Below are positions 59,532 through 64,000 of a stretch of DNA of 64,000 nucleotides, piece by piece (within the stretch, counting starts at the first letter, position 1; each line of letters starts with the position of its first letter). This DNA is from Acidobacteriaceae bacterium. GTDB lineage: Bacteria > Acidobacteriota > Terriglobia > Terriglobales > Acidobacteriaceae. Made by a program: the position numbers and the translations under genes. Under the pieces are notes generated by a model. That model worked only from the letters and a program-made list of their open reading frames with translations, was not told where the DNA came from and searched no databases. The stretch is from assembly GCA_035482355.1 (NCBI GenBank), contig DATHQV010000164.1, positions 28,228 to 92,227 of the forward strand, read 5' to 3'.

Positions 59532-59715
59532 GGGTACTCCTGAAGAAAAAGTCCTCTATGAGGGTAAGGCATTTGGAAGGATTTCGCTGTGACGGGCAAC
59601 GTGGGTGAAAACGAGCTGGAGATGGCCCCATTTTGGATCAGGTTGAAGGGGGATCCGCCGGGGATGTGCGATAGAGCGCAGCGCGTGGGCAGAACGAAGC
59701 ATAGAATTGCGCGAT

Positions 59716-60324
59716 ATGAAAAACCTCCTGCGCCGGCACGTCTCCGGGCTCGCGATGAGCCTCCTTTTGTCTATCGTTATTGGAACGCTGGCGGTTTATG
59801 CGTGGGCGTCACCGCCATCGATTTTGTCGGACGGTGAGAATGCGGCGAAGCGGGCGCTCGACGCGGACAAGATCAGCGCATTCGATGGCGACCTAAAGTT
59901 TGTGACGCAGAGCGTCATCGTGCACCCGGTGGCGGACGCGGACAAGGAAGTGACTTACGAGATCACGGGTCCGGGGCCAGGCGTGAAGAGCAGCGTGGAG
60001 TACCGGGTGTACGACACGGTGGCGGGGGCGGCGAAGCATGCGAATCCGTCGGCGGCGCAGCAGCTGCAGGAAGCGAATCAGTTCGACATTCCGCGTGGGC
60101 AGATGACTGCCTACCACTCGAATCTGAGTGGGGATTTGGCGAAGGCTGTTCCGGCGACGTTTCACTGCATTGCGCAGAAGGGCAAGACGCCGTGGTCGCG
60201 GTGCTATTACTACGCGGGGGGCACGTCATCGACGGTGGTGGTGGGGACGACGAGCTCAGCTACGGCGAACGAGGCCATTATGATCACGGCAATGGGGGCA
60301 CAGAATTTGGCGCTGTTGAAGTAG
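59716..60324 (+). CDS. hypothetical exported protein
   Basis: Signal/anchor MKNLLRRHVSGLAMSLLLSIVIGTLAVYAWA. No motif recognised. Confidence 0.5.
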   Translation: MKNLLRRHVSGLAMSLLLSIVIGTLAVYAWASPPSILSDGENAAKRALDADKISAFDGDLKFVTQSVIVHPVADADKEVTYEITGPGPGVKSSVEYRVYDTVAGAAKHANPSAAQQLQEANQFDIPRGQMTAYHSNLSGDLAKAVPATFHCIAQKGKTPWSRCYYYAGGTSSTVVVGTTSSATANEAIMITAMGAQNLALLK

Positions 60325-60363
60325 CGGGGCAGAGCCCGGAGCGCAGTTCTCAGAGCACAGCGA

Positions 60364-60561
60364 TCAGAGATCGTCGGCGCGGGTGCGTTTGATCTTTTTA
60401 AGATTGGGCTCGGTCCCGCCGAGAGCTGCGAGGCGGCGCGAAGCTTCCATGTGGATGAGATCTTTCAGGGCCTCGTTCAGGAGAGCGGAGAGGCTGGTTC
60501 TGGGAACGAATTTCTTCGCGTCCCGCACCAATTCGTCATCGAGTTTTACGGTGGCTTTCAA
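60364..60561 (-). CDS. VapB-like (DUF2191/RHH-type) antitoxin, orphan
   Basis: TTG start. MKATVKLDDELVRDAKKFVPRTSLSALLNEALKDLIHMEASRRLAALGGTEP matches the xTxxIDDELLxxAxxxxxxxTKxxxVxxALRxLV pattern of type II VapB antitoxins. No toxin gene follows. Confidence 0.55.
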   Translation of the reverse strand: MKATVKLDDELVRDAKKFVPRTSLSALLNEALKDLIHMEASRRLAALGGTEPNLKKIKRTRADDL

Positions 60562-60739
60562 TGGGCCTCGACCGCTATTGTTGCATCGGTTGGGGACTGA
60601 AGCGTGTCTCGATTTGCGACACCCGCATGTGGATGGAGGGTGCCGGGCTTGAACATCCCCACTTTGGGCGCGCGATTCCACGGCCTTAAGGCCGTGGCTT
60701 TTGCCGTAGCCTCGCTGACGCGAGGCTTGCGCGTACACC

Positions 60740-60964
60740 CTATATGAGTTGAAAGCGAATCGCCACTACGGCAACGAAAAGCGTAAACACGACGACGCAG
60801 ATACCCCATACCCGCACGGAACGTGCCCTCGGAATTGCAGAATCGCCGGAGGAGCGCTCGCGCATGCGCGCGAATTGTCGAAGGACCTGGTGAGGGGACA
60901 CTACGCACCAGAGTCCGACTCCGCCAAAGATGACGAGATTGATGAGAAGGCCGTGATGGTTCAC
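60740..60964 (-). CDS. possible small membrane protein (74 aa)
   Basis: Two hydrophobic helices. ORF only. Confidence 0.35.
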   Translation of the reverse strand: MNHHGLLINLVIFGGVGLWCVVSPHQVLRQFARMRERSSGDSAIPRARSVRVWGICVVVFTLFVAVVAIRFQLI

Positions 60965-61082
60965 GGTAGATCGATGCTCCTGCAGTTTTGCGAATCAGTG
61001 TAACTCTGCCGAAGTTTGTCCGGCGGAACTCGCCTCACCCACTCAAGCCAACACCGGGCTTGAATGGGCCACCCCCGGCAAA

Positions 61083-62657
61083 TCAGCTCCAGTAGCTGCG
61101 ATCGAGCGTGCGGTACTGAATCGCTTCGGCGATGTGGGGGACGGTTAAGTTTTCTGCGCCTTCGAGGTCGGCGATGGTGCGGGCGACTTTGAGGATGCGG
61201 TCGTGGGCGCGGGCGGTGAGGCCCTGCTGGACCATGGCGCGCTCGAGGAGTTTTTCGGCGTCGGGCGAGAGCTCGCAGTGGGCGCGGATCTGACGGGTGC
61301 CCATCTGGGCGTTTGAGAAGATTTTCTCTTTCACTCCGGTTTTTGGGGCTGCGTCGAAGCGCTCGCGCTGACGGTTGCGGGCGGCGAGGACGCGGGCCCG
61401 GATGGCGGCGGAATTCTCGGTGGCCGCTCCGCCGCGCAGTTCTTTGTACTGGACCGCGGGAACTTCGATGTGGATGTCGATGCGATCGATGAGGGGGCCG
61501 GAGATTTTGGCCACGTACCGCTGGATGAGCGGCGGGGTGCAGTGGCACTCGCGGGAGCGGTCGTTGAAATAGCCGCAGGGACAGGGATTCATTGCGGCGG
61601 CGAGCATGAAGGCGGCGGGAAAGGTGAGCGACATGGAGGCGCGGGAGATGGTGACGTGGCGGTCTTCGAGGGGCTGGCGCATGACTTCGAGGACGTTGCG
61701 GGGGAATTCGGGCAGCTCATCGAGAAAGAGGACGCCGTTGTGGGCGAGGGAGACTTCGCCGGGACGAGGAATGACGCCGCCGCCGATGAGGCCTGCGTCG
61801 GAAATGGTATGGTGCGGGGCGCGGAAGGGGCGCTGCGTGACGAGTCCGGCCTCGCCGTCGAGGACGCCGGCGACGGAGTGAATTTTGGTGGTCTCGAGGG
61901 CCTCATCGAAGGTGAGAGGCGGCAGGATGGACGGGAAGCGGCGGGCGAGCATGGTTTTGCCGGAGCCGGGAGGGCCAATCATTAATATGTTGTGGCCACC
62001 GGCGGCGGCGACTTCGAGGGCGCGCTTGGCGGTTTGTTGACCGCGAACGTCGGCGAAATCGAGGGCAAAGTGCTGGAGCTCGTTGAGAACCTGGGTGGCT
62101 TCGACTTTGAAGGGTGCGGTGTGAATGCCTCCGTTGGCGGCCTGGTTAATGAGGTCGCGGACTTCGAGGAGGGATTCGACGGGATAGACGTCGACGCCCT
62201 CGACGACGGCGGCTTCGCGGGCATTGGCTTTGGGGATGATTAGGTTCTGGATGCCGCGTTCGCGGGCGGCAACGGCGACGGGCAGCATGCCGGGGACGGG
62301 GCGGAGCGCACCATCGAGGCCAAGCTCGCCGATGAGGAGGAAATTGCTGAGGTCGCGGAGTTGCAGAGCTCCGTAGGCGCCGAGGATGCCGACGGCCATG
62401 GGCAGGTCGAAGCCGGAGCCTTCCTTTTTAATGTCGGCGGGAGCGAGGTTGATGGTGATGTGGGTGGTGGGGAGATCGAATCCGGAGTTGCGGATGGCGG
62501 CACGGACCCGGTCTCGGGATTCGCGGACGGCGGCATCGGGGAGGCCGACGGTGTTGAAGTGGTCCTCCTGGGTTTTCATGGCGGAGAAGTCGACTTCGAC
62601 GTCGATGATGCTGGCGTCGATGCCGTAGACGGCAGCGCTGCGGGCCTTGAAGAGCAT
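61083..62657 (-). CDS. comM: YifB/ComM family magnesium-chelatase-like ATPase
   Basis: [36 protein letters not shown], Walker [41 protein letters not shown]. The upstream 98-aa extension was rejected. Confidence 0.9.
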   Translation of the reverse strand: MLFKARSAAVYGIDASIIDVEVDFSAMKTQEDHFNTVGLPDAAVRESRDRVRAAIRNSGFDLPTTHITINLAPADIKKEGSGFDLPMAVGILGAYGALQLRDLSNFLLIGELGLDGALRPVPGMLPVAVAARERGIQNLIIPKANAREAAVVEGVDVYPVESLLEVRDLINQAANGGIHTAPFKVEATQVLNELQHFALDFADVRGQQTAKRALEVAAAGGHNILMIGPPGSGKTMLARRFPSILPPLTFDEALETTKIHSVAGVLDGEAGLVTQRPFRAPHHTISDAGLIGGGVIPRPGEVSLAHNGVLFLDELPEFPRNVLEVMRQPLEDRHVTISRASMSLTFPAAFMLAAAMNPCPCGYFNDRSRECHCTPPLIQRYVAKISGPLIDRIDIHIEVPAVQYKELRGGAATENSAAIRARVLAARNRQRERFDAAPKTGVKEKIFSNAQMGTRQIRAHCELSPDAEKLLERAMVQQGLTARAHDRILKVARTIADLEGAENLTVPHIAEAIQYRTLDRSYWS

Positions 62658-62874
62658 AGTTTCCGGATTCTGCGGGGAGTGTAGCAGCGGGAGGGCGGTA
62701 AATTCGGTGATGGGGAAGGGGTGCGGGGAACGGTGGTAATGGGAATTGGGTGGGGATTCCCAACCTTGATCTAATAGCTGTGCGGGAAGGTATCCGGGAC
62801 GGATGAGTGAAGGAAAGGGCGGTGGCAAAAATAGATGTTCGGCGGGCTGCGGCTCTGCTACCGTGTGAGCCATC

Positions 62875-63600
62875 ATGAAAAAGCTTGCGGTCACCATCTT
62901 GATGGGGGCGTGTAGTTTGGGGCTCGGATTACGGAGCGAGATGCAGGCCAATCCAGGGCAAACGCTTTCGGTTCAAAGCCTCGCGGGCGACTGGGAGGGA
63001 ACCCTGGGGGGGCAGCTACCGCTGGTGCTGCATTTGCGCGCGGACGAGAACGGGGCGCTGGCGGCGACGATGGATTCGCCATCACAAGGCGCGAACGGGT
63101 TGGTGGGTTCCGAGGTGAAGCTGGACGGAACGACGCTGAGCTACTCGATCGCGATTGTGGGGGGCATGTATACCGGGACGGTGAGCGCTGATGGCAAAAC
63201 GATCTCGGGGACGTGGACGCAGAACGGAAATTCAACGCCGCTGGAATGGAAGTTTACGAAAACAGCGGCGCAGGCGGACGCTGCTGCTGCGGCGGGGAAA
63301 CCGTCGGCTATTGATGGGAACTGGGCTGGGGCGCTGGATGCGGGCGGACAGACGCTGCACATCGTCTTTCATTTCCGCACGGGAGCGGGCGGGTTAGTGC
63401 AGTGCAGCATGGACTCGCTGGACCAGAAGGGCGCTATGGGGATTCCGTGCGGGATCGTGAAGATGGATGGCCGGAAGATCTCGCTGGATGTGACGGCGGT
63501 CCACGGAACCTACCTTGGCAAAATGCGTCCGGATGGTAAGGCGATCGACGGGACATGGAGCCAGGGTCAGCCGATGGAACTGGATTTGAAGAAACAGTGA
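62875..63600 (+). CDS. secreted protein built from two tandem copies of a roughly 100-aa domain of unknown function
   Basis: Signal peptide. Repeat 1 is [41 protein letters not shown]...[27 protein letters not shown]. Repeat 2 is [45 protein letters not shown]...[24 protein letters not shown]. Confidence 0.65.
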   Translation: MKKLAVTILMGACSLGLGLRSEMQANPGQTLSVQSLAGDWEGTLGGQLPLVLHLRADENGALAATMDSPSQGANGLVGSEVKLDGTTLSYSIAIVGGMYTGTVSADGKTISGTWTQNGNSTPLEWKFTKTAAQADAAAAAGKPSAIDGNWAGALDAGGQTLHIVFHFRTGAGGLVQCSMDSLDQKGAMGIPCGIVKMDGRKISLDVTAVHGTYLGKMRPDGKAIDGTWSQGQPMELDLKKQ

Positions 63601-63604
63601 GCCG

Positions 63605-63832
63605 CTAAGCCTGCGGTGGGAATTGCTGGCCAGGCCAAACTAGGTGGACGGTCGCTCCGGGCTTATTGGAGTGGAGCCGGTCGTGGCCCTGGGCATGGAA
63701 GATGAGCAGCACGGCAATGGCGGCGACCATGAGGCCGATGGCGATCCAGAGCAGATAACAGGTGACTTCTTTTGTATTAAAGGGCGGCATAGGCGGTGAC
63801 GCGGACACTGGGTGAGATGCGTGCCGGGGCAT
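63605..63832 (-). CDS. possible small single-TM protein (75 aa)
   Basis: ORF with one strong TM helix (CYLLWIAIGLMVAAIAVLLIF). No RBS assessed. Confidence 0.35.
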   Translation of the reverse strand: MPRHASHPVSASPPMPPFNTKEVTCYLLWIAIGLMVAAIAVLLIFHAQGHDRLHSNKPGATVHLVWPGQQFPPQA

Positions 63833-64000
63833 CCTTAAAAGCCCAGCCCTAACCGATTTTGACTCCAGAGACGATCATGTCCTTACAGCGGGCCGTAAAA
63901 AATGCGGACGCTTTCGGAGCGCCGGGCCATCCAATCAACAGAATGAAAACTTTCGGGTTGGCTGAGTTGAAAAGGCCGGGGGAGTGGGGTTACACTCTGA

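Noticed and set aside
63877-64000. Possible start of a plus-strand gene at the window edge (MSLQRAVKNADAFGAPGHPINRMKTFGLAELKRPGEWGYTL...)
   Set aside because: Only 41 codons are visible, with no RBS or recognisable motif. Cannot be supported.
1-64000. Scan for CRISPR arrays, tRNA/rRNA/tmRNA genes, reverse transcriptases, integrases, and phage or defence-island gene sets
   Set aside because: No regularly spaced direct repeats, no tRNA-like T-arm/acceptor signatures in intergenic regions, and no such protein motifs in any frame of the track. The only mobile-element trace is the 150-nt IS relic.

Overview
A 64 kb, roughly 60% GC bacterial chromosomal segment. Gene content and the intergenic repeats suggest an Acidobacteriota (Terriglobia-like) genome; this is an inference, since no search could be run. 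I support about 70 protein genes and found no rRNA, tRNA or CRISPR array. The ORF track uses ATG, GTG and TTG and takes the longest ORF, so many 5' ends were trimmed, and many long off-frame or antisense ORFs are high-GC artefacts.

**Layout**
- 0-21 kb is accessory-looking.
  - A ROK-regulated amino-sugar operon (SIS isomerase/deaminase, MFS sugar porter, ROK kinase).
  - An amidohydrolase, APC permease, FAH hydrolase and GntR/FCD cluster.
  - A chitin-type locus: GH18, a HutC-type GntR, a CarboxypepD_reg TonB-dependent receptor, a TPR protein and a CRTAC1/ASPIC-UnbV propeller.
  - Then an IS remnant, an orphan 53-aa Flp pilin gene absent from the ORF track, and a Tat-exported cupin.
- 21-64 kb is mostly housekeeping: cmk, mutL, folP, dacB, coaE, frr, lipA, purN, purM, rplT, rpmI, pyrF, thiD, tdh and comM.

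**Most interesting items**
1. A translationally coupled five-gene module at 24.2-29.1 kb: an ECF sigma factor, a ZAS anti-sigma factor, a membrane protein with a bacterial B-box zinc finger, a small PGSY-repeat membrane protein, and a LiaF-like/DUF4097 protein.
2. A 688-aa protein whose C-terminal half is a strongly basic Arg/Pro/Gly/Lys-rich disordered tail. Its stop overlaps the cmk start.
3. An interspersed repeat of about 145 nt, found directly 3' of two minus-strand genes. A roughly 40-nt derivative sits in frame within the mutL linker.
4. Three to four copies of the palindrome GCTATATAGC between the HutC regulator and the TonB-dependent receptor.
5. Two tandem secreted paralogs of unknown function.
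6. A decayed VapBC-like toxin-antitoxin module.

All family assignments come from motifs read by eye. No database search was possible.
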